A DNA stretch of 64,000 nt, taken from contig OX597820.1 in NCBI GenBank assembly GCA_951406725.2, forward strand, positions 116,622,001 through 116,686,000, in the 5' to 3' direction. Positions 52,971 through 64,000 of the stretch are shown in pieces. Position 1 is the first letter of the stretch. Every line of letters starts with the position of its first letter. The position numbers and the translations under genes are program-made. Origin of the DNA: Octopus vulgaris (lineage: Eukaryota). Below the pieces are notes generated by a model. That model was not told the origin of the DNA and ran no database searches. It was given only the letters and a program-made list of their open reading frames with translations.

Positions 52971-54687
52971 TAAGTGACTGGCTTTAACTATTTTCAAATC
53001 TGGATGGAATAATAATTGTGAAGATGTAATCATTTCCCTCTTAAAATACATACCATTAGCAGAATCACAAGCAAGAATGGTAATGTATGGTATCAGATAA
53101 ACTTTTTAAAACATAAACAGTTAATTTAACATTCATGTTAAATTTTGTTTTGCTTGAATACAGTCAAGTCACTTGTCAACAATAATAATCTACAGCTCTT
53201 GTGGAATGGTTAGAATTCCTCCTCCATACCACCACCACCACCACCACCACCAGTGTCAAATTAGAGTTTAAAAAACTCTTTTCTTCCATTCATTTAACTG
53301 GTTTGTGTTGGATACTAAAATGTGTGTTAGGTTATGTAAATGTTAGTGAGAGGGAAAGAATATGAAAGAAGGAAAGGACAAAGAGGAAGAAGGAGAAGAA
53401 ACAAAGGAAAGAAACAGGGGAAGGAAGAAGGAAATAACGAAAAATAAAGGGGAAGAAGAAAAGGAGAAAAAAAAACACTGGGGGAGGAAGGAGCAAGGAA
53501 AGAAAATAAAAAGGAAAAGAAGTGGTGAGAAGGAAAATAGAGATGGACAGGAGAGGAAAGACAGAAAGCAAGAGAAATGCAGGAAGAGAGGAGAGCAAAA
53601 GAAGGAGAAATGAAGAGCAGAGAGAGAAGAGCAAAAAAAAAAAAAGAGATGTCAACATGAACAACAACATAAAACAAACAACCAATAGAATGAAATTAGC
53701 TCAATTAGAGAATATTTTTAAAAATTCAACAGAAGTATGGAGACAGAACATTTATTATTATTATTATTATTGACCTTCTCCTGGCATTATTATAACCAGC
53801 AATGACATTTTCCTCAAAATGATTCTGTCATCTTACAAAGGCACAACACTGCCTGTGTGTAGGGGATCTTTGGTCCAGAAACACCTCTCACTGGTAGGGA
53901 GGGAAATCATGACTACGACATTTAATACCCAGCTGCAGCAAGCCAGTCCACCAAAATAATGGAAATAGTTTTAAAAGCTTATATCAGTTTTTTAAGCCAA
54001 CAAGGAAATGTTCTAAACAGGTGTTCACACTGCTAGAAATAGGAACCAAATTTTTCCTCAAATCATATACCCTACAATGTTTTAAAATAAGAGATTTTAC
54101 GAAATGTCCAAGAAATACTATGCCAGAAAAATAGAAGACTGTGTGGTTAAGAAGCTCGTTTTGCAACAATATGGTTTCAAGTTCAGTCCCACTGCAGCAC
54201 CTTGGGCAAGTGTCTTCTACTATAGCCACGGGGCCAACCAATGTCTTGTGAGGTAATTTGGTAGACAGAAATCTTGTGGCAGCTTGGCACATGTCCAAGT
54301 TTGCGCACACACATCTGTGTGTCTCTCCTCACCACTTAACAAGTGTTGGTTTGTTTACATCCCCGTAAGTTAGTAGTGCAGCAAAAAAGATCAATAGAAT
54401 TACCAGACTTAAAAATTGAACACTGATAGTCAATCTATTCAACTAAATCCTTCAAGGTAATGTCCCAGTATGACCACAGTACAGTGATTGAAATGAATAA
54501 AAGATACAAGATCTTCTCAATTAGAATTAATTCAAGTTAAAAATGGTCTTTTTTCCCTGCAAGAATTTGTCTTGTGTTTAGTCAAATTGAAATCAATATT
54601 TTGCCAAATAAGTAAATGAAACTCAAGTTACAAATTAACTATGACAGACTCCATGTAAAATGATGTTAGACATTATAAACATCAACT

Positions 54688-55035
54688 CATCATCATCATC
54701 ATCAGTTAACGTCTGTTTTCCATGCTAGCATGGGTTGGACGGTTTGACCACAGTCTGGGAAGCCAGGAGGCTGCACCAGGCTCCAGTCTGATCTGGCAGT
54801 GTTTCTACAGCTGGATGCCCTTCCTAATGCCAACCACTCCGTAAGTGTAGTGGATGTTTTTTACATGCCATCGGCACAGGGGCCAGAAAAGGCTGGCAAA
54901 CGGCCACGATCAGTTGGTGCTTTTACGTGTCACCGAGACAGACGCGAGTCAGGTGGCGCTGGCATCTGCCACGTTCGGACAGTGCTTTTTACGTGTCACC
55001 GGCACAGGTATCTTAACTACAATTTCCATTTGATT
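54688..55035 (-). mobile_element. RTE 3' UTR / RTE-tailed element (family C)
   Basis: Near-identical to 2926-3270 with (CAT)n. Other copies at about 9575-10075, 21785-21990, 23345-23570, 24930-25125, 25290-25830, 26072-26280, 39010-39190, 46573-46860, 50567-50830, 55950-56135 and 57540-57940. Confidence 0.85.
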
Positions 55036-56520
55036 TTTAAAAAATAAAAACTATCAGATCCAATCACAAGATTTCAACTTGGTTTTGTCAAAAGATGAAA
55101 TGGCACCTACCATTCCATCTTTTCAAAATCGTCCATGTTATTTTACCACAGTACAAGATAATTAATTCACTCAGTTAATGTTGGCATGGAAGGTACACCA
55201 TCAGCATTGTTTTAACGTCCAGTTTTCCATGCTTGCATGGGTCAGTCAGAATTTATCAAGGCAGATTTATTTTCTATGGTTGGATGCCCTTCCCCTCACC
55301 AACCCTTACCTGTTTCCAAGCAAGTTTATATTTCCCTACAGTCTGACATGTTTTTGCAGAATATTGGAAATGAATTACATTCATTTACAACCATTGAATA
55401 AGGAAATACAAACACTCACACACATACATACACATACAGCAGGCTTTTTTCAATTTCCATCAACAAAGTCCACTCCAAAGACTTTGATCAGCCCAGGGTT
55501 ATAGTAGTCCTCACTTGACCAAGGTACCATGCAGTGGGACTGAACCCCAAATCCATGTGATTGGAAGGCAAACTTCTAAACCCCTCAGCCACACCAGTAA
55601 TTTCCATCCAATCGAGGTGTCCCAGTTCGTTTCAGTATTTACCTGATATAGACCTCTCGCAGGAATGATTTTAGGCCACTCAAAGAACCAACCAAAATAT
55701 AAAACTGGAAAATGTTTTGGTAGTTTAGAATTTTTACTTCCATTCTGTAGGGAAAAGGAATTGGCACCCATTATGAGCTGCTGAACAAAAAAAATTCCAG
55801 TGGAATCTCTCTCTCTCTCTTACATGCACACACTTGAAATAAAAGATAGGAGAGAGAAAAAATAAAATGAAACATTAAAATAATTTTACTTTGTAAGTTC
55901 ATAAAAAAAAAAATCATTTTAATATTGGCCATTACAAGCACCAATTTGAGATCATCATTCAAATGTGTTTTCCATGCTGGCATGGGTTGGACGATCTGAC
56001 AGGGGCTGGTAAGCCAGACAGCTACACCAGGCTCCAATTGTCTGTTTTGGCAAGGTTTCTATGGCTGGATACCCTGCCTAATGACAACCACTTTAGAGAG
56101 TGTTCTGGGTGCTTTATACGTGGTGCCAGAAAGGGTGCTGAGAAACTGTAAAACTGAGGTGATTTGAACCATGTATCTATCTCTTCCCAAGTAAACAGTA
56201 TTGCGAAGTGAAGAAAGGAAAGTGGACTAGAAAAATTCAAGAAAGAAAACAGGGAACCTAAACATGGAAAGTTTAAAATAAACGAAACTAGAGAGATAAA
56301 AATGAAGAAGGCCTGAAAATGGTCGGTGAAAATTGTTAAATTAGCAATCAAGAGAAATCAGTGAAGACATAAACAGCATTATAAATAAACAAGAGCCAAC
56401 CACTAAAACAAGAGACATCAGCAACAATACTTAGACAGCTTACCACTGCTGTGTGTGTGTGTGTCTGAGTTGGAAAGAAAGGAAAAGTGAAAACTGAAGG
56501 TGGTTTTATACAGGTGTATA

Positions 56521-56526
<6 letters not shown>

Positions 56527-56566
<40 letters not shown>

Positions 56567-56612
56567 ACACATATATATATATATACACACACATGTGTAT
56601 GTATGTATGTAG

Positions 56613-56652
<40 letters not shown>

Positions 56653-56797
56653 CACACATATATATATACACACACACATGTGTATGTATGTATGTAGTTT
56701 ATATATATATACACATACACACATATATATATACACACACACATGTGTATGTATGTATGTAGTTTATATATATATATATATATACACACATACACAC

Positions 56798-56828
<31 letters not shown>

Positions 56829-56929
56829 TGTGTATGTATGTATGTAGTTTATATATATATATATATACACACATACACACACATATATATATATATATAT
56901 ATACACACACACGTGTGTATGTATGTATG

Positions 56930-56960
<31 letters not shown>

Positions 56961-56975
56961 CATACACACACTATA
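56527..56975. repeat. Compound (TA)/(CA)/(TATG) minisatellite
   Basis: Anchor C(A/G)TGTGTATGTATGTATGTAGTTT at 56592, 56677, 56742, 56827 and 56912. Confidence 0.92.
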
Positions 56976-57149
56976 CGCACACACATAAGTACATGCAGCT
57001 AGATAGGTGAACTTTGTAGATAGCATGGTGCAACTGTAGTAGTTACAGTGCTTGATAATCATTTACTGAGGGAAAGAGAGGAGATAAGGACAGAGGGAGA
57101 GAGAGGAAAGAGGAAGGGGAGAGAGAAAAGAGGGGAGAGAGGGCGGAGA

Positions 57150-57300
57150 GACAACCATCTCATTCTTGGTCTAGCCCTAGGTTTCCTCCTACCAGTTGGC
57201 TTGACTTAGAGTCCATCTCGAGATGCTTTCTTGCATCATTCTCGCCACAGGAGCATAGCACTGGGGATGGGGTCTCTCAAAGTGGAGCTGTTACCTCTGC
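57150..57300 (-). mobile_element. Old RTE LINE 3' fragment
   Basis: Minus-strand remnants VARMMQE..VKPTGRRKPRARPRMRW resemble the RTE GHVARM...RPRGRPR.RW motif. Confidence 0.6.
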
Positions 57301-58316
57301 TGATAACAAAAGAGCTTTTTTTCTCAAAAGTCAGGGCAGATTGTATGATGTTGGTCTGGAAATGAGGGCCTTTAATGTGGGGGAACCTGCTGAAGAACTA
57401 TAAAGAAATGAAGTGAGCAGGCTTCGCTAGATGTGTCATGCTGGTGTACAAGAATGATGAACTATAAATGGAGAGACAAACCAAGATTAAAAAGAATCCG
57501 ATGCAGCATACAACAGAGATGGTAGCACTGGTATGGGTACCATCATCATCACCATCCTTTAACATCTGTTTTCCATGCTGGAATGGGTTGGACAGTTTGG
57601 TAAGCCAGGAGGCCACCCTAGGCTCCAATTTAATCTGGCAAGGTTTCTACAGCTGGATGCCCTTCCTAATACCAACCATTCTGAGAGCATAGCAGATGCT
57701 TTTTACGTGCCACCGGCATGGGAGTCGGTCAGGTGGCACTGGCATCAGCCACATTCAGATGGTGCTGTTTGTGTGCTACTGGCACAGGAGCCAGTTGGGG
57801 TGGGAGGGACAAGCATCAACCACGTTCGGATGGTGCCTCTTACATGCCACTGGCACAGGAGCCAGCGAGGCAGCACTAGCATTGGTCCCAACCACAATTT
57901 CCATTTTGATTATGATTTGATTTTTGATTTCGATCTTGATGTATATAAAGCGTGACAGGTAAATTAGTAAGTACCAAGTGCTCAAAGTGAATGGTACCTG
58001 TGGAAGAGGAAGATCGAGAAAGTTGGGATGGAGTGGCAACAAAATATTCTCATGTTGATACATCTAATGAGGGAGACAACAGGAGATTATGTTGATTGAT
58101 AATGTGCAAATAGAAATAAAGAGAAATAGTTATCAAAATAGAAGGATAGTGATAGTAACTGGTATTTATGTAGCCTTGAAACACTGGTAAGGGTTAATAA
58201 CAGGAAGGGCATCCAGCTGTAAAACGATGCCTCAGTAATATATATTCATCTAACCCATGCTGGCATGAAAAATTAGACATAAAACAAAATTGATGAGATG
58301 TGTGTGTATGTGCATG

Positions 58317-58358
<42 letters not shown>

Positions 58359-58489
58359 GAAAGAATGAGAGGTGGGTTAGTCAGGATATATAAACACTGG
58401 TGTGTTTATAAGCCGATTTCTTTAAGTGATGTAAACAACGATTAATCATTTTGTGAGTGGTAAGTGAATACACTGCAAAAATGTGTGAC

Positions 58490-58508
58490 TGTGTTTGAGT
58501 GGGTGTAT

Positions 58509-58553
<45 letters not shown>

Positions 58554-58572
58554 TGTGTGTGTGTGTGTGTAT

Positions 58573-58603
<31 letters not shown>

Positions 58604-58618
58604 CATGAGTGGGTGTAT

Positions 58619-58655
<37 letters not shown>

Positions 58656-58668
58656 AGTGGGTGTATGA

Positions 58669-58699
<31 letters not shown>

Positions 58700-58712
58700 A
58701 GTGGGTGTATGA

Positions 58713-58743
<31 letters not shown>

Positions 58744-58756
58744 AGTGGGTGTTTGA

Positions 58757-58787
<31 letters not shown>

Positions 58788-58810
58788 AGTGTATGTGTGT
58801 GTGTGTGTGT
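58490..58810. repeat. (GT)n array punctuated by TGAGTGGGTGTATGAG
   Basis: Direct inspection; at least 5 anchor copies. Confidence 0.92.
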
Positions 58811-59393
58811 GGAGATTACTGTGTGAAGTAGTACTATTAATTGTGCTTAATGAAAAAATCTACTAATTAACATTCTTCTAATTACTATTGTGCTTGTTAG
58901 AGTGCATGTGCTTCATAATCACCTCATGCCATTTGTAAACACGCTTGGTCCCTGATTTGTCCAGGTCTTTGTTAGCATCATCACTATTTATATTCTAAAT
59001 GAAAACAATAATGAATGTAATACAAATGATATATATATATATATACACACACACACAGTTATGGTATATTCTGTTAAGAATGTAGGAGTGTATAGTATAA
59101 AGCTTGTCCATCTTCAGATTCCACCCTGTGCTGTCCAGGTTTGCATTTGGGCATTTGTTTTGTGTGAATAGGTAACTGAGAAAATAGATGGGATGTTCTT
59201 GAAACCGAGTATTTTAAACTTACGCAAACAATATTTACATATCACCTGAGGAAACACAACTACATCTCATACTGCAGAGAAACTGTTGTATAATCAAGTA
59301 CCTGCACACCTGGAGAACTAGTATGTAGAAATAATCAAAGGGATTAAAAAATAAATGTCCAACTGTATCCCTTCTTGCTGGCTCCAATTTTTT

Positions 59394-59437
<44 letters not shown>

Positions 59438-59442
59438 CCGTT

Positions 59443-59514
59443 TCCCATGTGGTCTAGTGGTTAGGATTCCTGGCTTTCACCCAGGCGGCCCGGGTTCGAT
59501 TCCCGGCATGGGAA
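59443..59514 (+). tRNA. tRNA-Glu-TTC: tRNA-Glu, anticodon TTC, intact and intronless
   Basis: 72-nt cloverleaf: acceptor TCCCATG/CATGGGA+A, anticodon stem CCTGG/CCAGG with loop CTTTCAC (TTC at 59476-59478), T arm CCGGG-TTCGATT-CCCGG. A box TGGTCTAGTGG (59450-59460), B box GGTTCGATTCC (59493-59503). Confidence 0.97.
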
Positions 59515-59518
59515 CGTC

Positions 59519-59526
59519 TTTCTTTT
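59519..59526 (+). terminator. Pol III oligo-T terminator of tRNA-Glu
   Basis: TTTCTTTT starts 5 nt after the discriminator base; T4 at 59523-59526. Confidence 0.6.
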
Positions 59527-59605
59527 ACCAGGTGGTGCTATTAAGTTAGACATGGCCTGGGCCAATAATGGCCGAAAAGTATCAAAGTATATATATATAT
59601 ATATA

Positions 59606-59790
59606 GTTGGAATTTACAAAAAGAAAAACAAAACAAAAGACGAAGACAGGTGTGTAAACAACAAACATGTATTAGTTTAACGCTTGGGAAGTGAGAAAGT
59701 CTTTTACATTTTGAGCCTATGCTCTTCAACAGAAAGGAACACAGAAATAAGCAGGGAGAGAAAATAAAAAAAAAGGTTTAGTGGCTATTA
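59606..59790 (-). mobile_element. Penelope-like element terminal fragment
   Basis: Same sequence as 13227-13371, starting directly after a (TA)n run. Confidence 0.6.
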
Positions 59791-60639
59791 ATCATGGTGA
59801 AGGATAAAAGGAACTCACAACCTTTCTTTTCCTCTGCCCACTCACTAATAACTCTAGAGGATGTCAGTGGGTGGAAGTGCCTTGAAGGGCCTTCTGTTAT
59901 GGTACCAGCATATAAAGATGGAGGCCTTGTACACTGTACATGTACACATACATGCATACACACACACACGATACAGGTCACTTGTAAGGTCTTTCATGAG
60001 TACCATTGGTAACATGGAATCCAGTACAGAGTACAGCCTATTGCATGCTTGGGTCATCAGCAACTCAACTGGCAGCCCCACTGGGCTAGAAACACAACAA
60101 GACCTGTCAAAAAGGATGGGTGAACATATTGTAGATTCCATGACCATTTAGAAATAGCACAGGCACTCAGAAATTCCGAGTTGCGCCTGGCATACTGGAA
60201 GACAACTGGGAATGAGGCAGCCCATAGCCTGGGTTCGAAGCATGCTTTAACAAAAGCTATGACTGTTTTGATAATCAGTGGTGACTTGGTCAGTAAATCC
60301 TGTGACAGTCGACAATCAATGGCAAGATAAGCTGCTACGGAACGCACTCAAAGTGTGTATGCATGTGAGCAGGGACCACATGTGAACTTATATTCCGACT
60401 GAAACTCCAAACACAAGTAAACCCACCCTTGCTGAATGCTGTTGTAAGTAGAAGAATAAATAAGGATCAGATTAGTGCTCAGAACAGACCAAATTCTTAA
60501 ACTTCAACATCCTAATCATGGATGGGCCATGTTGTGGGGATAATTTTCCACGCCATACAAATGATATAGCGCTCACAATAGCACTAAAGGGATTAGAGTT
60601 TGAACTTCTTTCTTTCATATATATATATATATATATATA

Positions 60640-60910
60640 ACGTGACCGACCAGACCATCACAATGCGTTCGCATTGTTTTAGCCTTCGAATGACGCCACC
60701 CCGCTGGCTAAGCGAGCAGGCCAACAGAAGAAAGAGTGGGAGAAAGAGTGGTGAAAGAATACAGCAGGGATCACCACCCCCTGCCGGAGCGTCGTGGAGC
60801 TTTTAGGTGTTTTCGCAATCAATAAACACACACAACGCCCGGTCAGGGAATCGAAACCGCGATCCTGCGACCGCGAGTCCGCTGCCCTAACAACTAGGCC
60901 ATTGCGCCTC
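60640..60910 (-). mobile_element. tRNA-derived SINE (OR-like family) between (TA)n runs
   Basis: Minus strand GGAGGCGCAATGGCCTAGTTG..GGTTTCGATTCC head; CpG-rich, so probably young. Confidence 0.8.
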
Positions 60911-61150
60911 CACATATATATATATATATGTATGTATACATACATACACAGACAGGTGAAGACTAGCTTAGTCTTCACTGCTCCACTCAGGCCAAGGAGC
61001 GAAACACTTGTGACCCTGGGGTACTGGCTCATGATATGGAAGGGTTTCCAGCATTGCAATAGATTTAGAAGAGCTTGGCAAACCTTTGAGTAACTTGTGC
61101 AGTTTCTCTGTGAGGCAAAGCACCTCTGACGTTTATTTCACACGCACACA

Positions 61151-61199
<49 letters not shown>

Positions 61200-61543
61200 C
61201 ATACACACATCATATATATACATACATACATACACATATATATATACATACATACATACATATGTGGGTTTCTGTGTGTAGTCAAGTAATCACTGAACCA
61301 GACATTCATATGAACAACAAAACGCTTAATAATTGATAATATATATACTTGGTACAACTAAAAAACACACAATTGTTGACTGCACTTGTTTGGTGAGTGA
61401 TTTTTTATCTGCAATCATGTGTTCCATTATAATGGGTGAATATCAACCTTTAAACACACACAAGCATGAAAAGAACCAAAAAAAAAAAAAAACTCAGTCT
61501 TGTTTGATTATTGTATAGTGTTGTGTATATACATACATAGAAC

Positions 61544-61575
<32 letters not shown>

Positions 61576-61769
61576 ATGTGTGCTATTTGTTCAACAGTTT
61601 AAATACTAATCCAAAACTGAATACTGTAGAGTGTGTAGCTGTGTGCATTTTAGAATGGCAGATTTGACTTTTGTGGTGCAGCTGTTTCGGTTCCAATGCA
61701 GGACATCAGACCAAAGCCCACAACTAAATTAATACCAGTTTTTAAATACACATATACGCAGGAGTCAAA

Positions 61770-62060
61770 CCAATACCTTATGAGTGGATTTGGTAGACGG
61801 AAACTGAAAGAAGCCCGTCGTATATATGTATATATATATGTATGTATGTGTGTGTGTGTGTGTGTCTGTGTTTGTCCCCCTAGCATTGCTTGACAACCGA
61901 TGCTGGTGTGTTTACGTCCCCGTCACTTAGCGGTTCGGCAAAACAGACCAATAGAATAAGTACTGGGCTTACAAAGAATAAGTCCCGGGGTCGATTTGCT
62001 CGACTAAAGGCGGTGCTCCAGCATGGCCGTAGTCAAATGACTGAAACATGTAAAAGAGTA
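61770..62060 (+). mobile_element. SINE family A, 5'-truncated
   Basis: Begins at CCAATACCTTATGAGTGGATTTGG; intact 3' half. Confidence 0.88.
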
Positions 62061-62994
62061 TACATACACATCAATATATACACAGACACATATACGTGCA
62101 TATATGCATACATACATATATACACACACACAAACATGTAAACGTGTGTGTGTGTGTGTGTGATCATTTTAGCCCCTATTTTTGCATGCTTGCATGGGTC
62201 AGGTGAAATTTATTGAGATGAATTTTTCTATACCCGGATACCCTTCCTGTCATCAACCTGTACGTTTCCAGGTGAATATTCTTTCCATGACCAGACATGT
62301 TTCCAGAGAAAATTAGAACAAAAAGACACCACTTGCATGATGGTGACACTCACTCACTGTCAAAACCAACACACAACAGGCTTCTTTCAGTTTCCATCTA
62401 GCAAATTCACTCACAAGGCTTTGGTCAGCCTGGAACTGTAGTAGAAGGCATTTGCCCAAGGAGCCATATAGTGGGACTGAACCTGGAAGCTTGTAGTTGA
62501 GAAACAAATTTCTAACCACACAGCCACACCTGTGCCAATATATTTACAAACCTCTAACTGAGCTTTGATTGCATTAATCTTACCTGTTCCTGAGTCATAC
62601 TTCCTACCTTTACTTCCTGACTAAGTTCATTACAAGAGAAATCTAAATATAAAGAAAAAAAAATCATTTTCCTGACCACTGTCCGTGAAATGATCAATCA
62701 GATGTGTATCACATGTTTGAACATATCTTTTTAAATATCTATGGCAATAAATCTTATTTCAATATCTAAATCTCTAGTCTCGTTTATTTTAAACATTTGC
62801 GTTGTTACCTGTCAACAGGGGTTGGATCAGTCTACAACACCACAGGTCACCACTTTACATTAATCTTGTCACTGCCCTCCTCACTGTGGCCTGACATTTT
62901 AAGATCTTTGAATATCAGTCTTTGTAGTACTCGTACTTAATGCTGATAGAGTTTGGACTTTTCTATCGATCAACCATGTGAGTTACTGTTTCAA

Positions 62995-63654
62995 CCCTTT
63001 AGCATTAAAACTGGCTGCATATGGCCCATAATATACCATTTATTTTGCCTTCAAATTTACTAGATTCCCCCTCTTACACCTATCTTACTATGGTCATTCT
63101 ATAAGCAATCCTTTCATTGAAGTCTTGAAGCTATGGGATAATACATGATTCTTCTCTCTTGGCAATCCCTCAAGGTCGAGGATGATGGTCTCCGTGCAAA
63201 TTTACTGGTGAGTCCGTAGGTGACCGATAAGACCAATTCTTGCTTGAAAAGATCGGTTGCAGTGCAGACATCTAGTGCCGGAAGGGAGAGTCGCACGTGG
63301 TTGTTGTTGGCGCTCCTTCCGTCGTCGTCTTTTCTCCTCCAGCTCTGCAGACCTTTTCGACTCGAAAGTCGCCGTTCCCTCATGGATGGTGGTTTTCCAG
63401 AGTGGTCTGTTTTTTGCCGTTTCCTCCCAGTTAGTAAAGTCGATGTCACACTTTTTGAGGTTCGTTTTCAGGGAGTCCTTGTAGCGTTTCTTCTGGCCTC
63501 CTTAACATCAGCTGGGAAGACAGAAGAACAAACGTCAGCGTGCTACAAGAAGCAAAAATGACCAGCATCACGGCCATGTGGTTAGAATACATGATTAATT
63601 ACAATGTGAATAGACAAGCATAACACTTGACACAGCAATCTGAAAGCTAAAGGG
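62995..63654. mobile_element. piggyBac-type MITE split by the RTE insertion
   Basis: CCCTTTAGCATT...AAAGCTAAAGGG termini; removing the RTE and one TSD restores the ..gctatgggataatacatgattaatt.. segment homologous to 10912-10936. Confidence 0.8.
63151..63585 (-). mobile_element. Young 5'-inverted RTE LINE insertion with 11-bp TSD
   Basis: 63202-63501(-) is an uninterrupted frame GGQKKRYKDSLK...CLHCNRSFQARIGLIGHLRTHQ* (RTE C-terminus with C2H2 finger). 63501-63578(+) encodes upstream RTE peptide LNISWEDRRTNVSVLQEAKMTSITAM. TSD AATACATGATT at 63140-63150 and 63586-63596. Confidence 0.92.
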
Positions 63655-64000
63655 TTCAAATCTGTTTAGCCAGACGACTGTGCTAAACCCCAATGTCCAC
63701 ATTGGTGTGGTTTCTATGGCTGGATGCTTTTCCTTATGCTAACCCCTTTACAGAATTATGCTGGGTGCTTTTTTTATGTGGCACCAGCACCAGTGAGGTT
63801 ACCAAGTAACTTGGAAGACAAGATTTCTGAGTGAAAATGTAGTATTCAGGGAAATAGGTTTACACTAGGAATTATTCTTGCCCATTCTTGCAAATATTTT
63901 TATGTAAAAGAAACAGTCTCAATCACTCACTCACTCACACACACACACCTCATTAACATAACAAGCCTCAGTGTTAGCCAAGATGTCAAAATCATTAAAA

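Noticed and set aside
60835-60910. tRNA-like sequence on the minus strand (also 12651-12715)
   Set aside because: The acceptor stem does not close and the sequence continues into a SINE body; it is a SINE head, not a tRNA gene.
63202-63270. C2H2 zinc finger suggesting a host zinc-finger gene
   Set aside because: It is the terminal finger of the RTE ORF, in frame with RTE motifs and enclosed by TSDs.

Overview
AT-rich, repeat-saturated eukaryotic (metazoan) DNA. The SINE families, RTE tails and (TA)n/(CA)n load look like an octopus-type cephalopod genome, which is an inference from recognised repeat motifs and not a database match. Nearly all ORFs in the supplied track are artefacts of SINEs, microsatellites and GA-rich tracts. 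The only complete gene I can support is one canonical tRNA-Glu(TTC) at 59443-59514. The rest is intron-like or intergenic: more than 20 copies of a ~400-bp tRNA/CORE-like SINE, many Nin-domain SINEs and RTE-tailed elements, RTE and R4/Dong-type LINE fragments, Penelope-like ends, Tc1/mariner remnants, hAT and TTAA (piggyBac-type) MITEs, and a non-autonomous Helitron. A minus-strand host gene is possible (candidate last exon 2202-2357, purine-biased + strand) but I cannot identify it. The most notable structures are a young 5'-inverted (twin-primed) RTE insertion with an 11-bp TSD inside a MITE; two inverted tandem arrays of a TTAA-MITE sharing a 12-bp spacer; several 80-160 bp local copy-paste duplications; SINE-internal (TA)n tracts used as insertion sites; a perfect RFX X-box; and many inverted-repeat dsRNA substrates. 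I found no convincing novel multi-gene system. Repeat boundaries are approximate unless a TSD or TIR is quoted.
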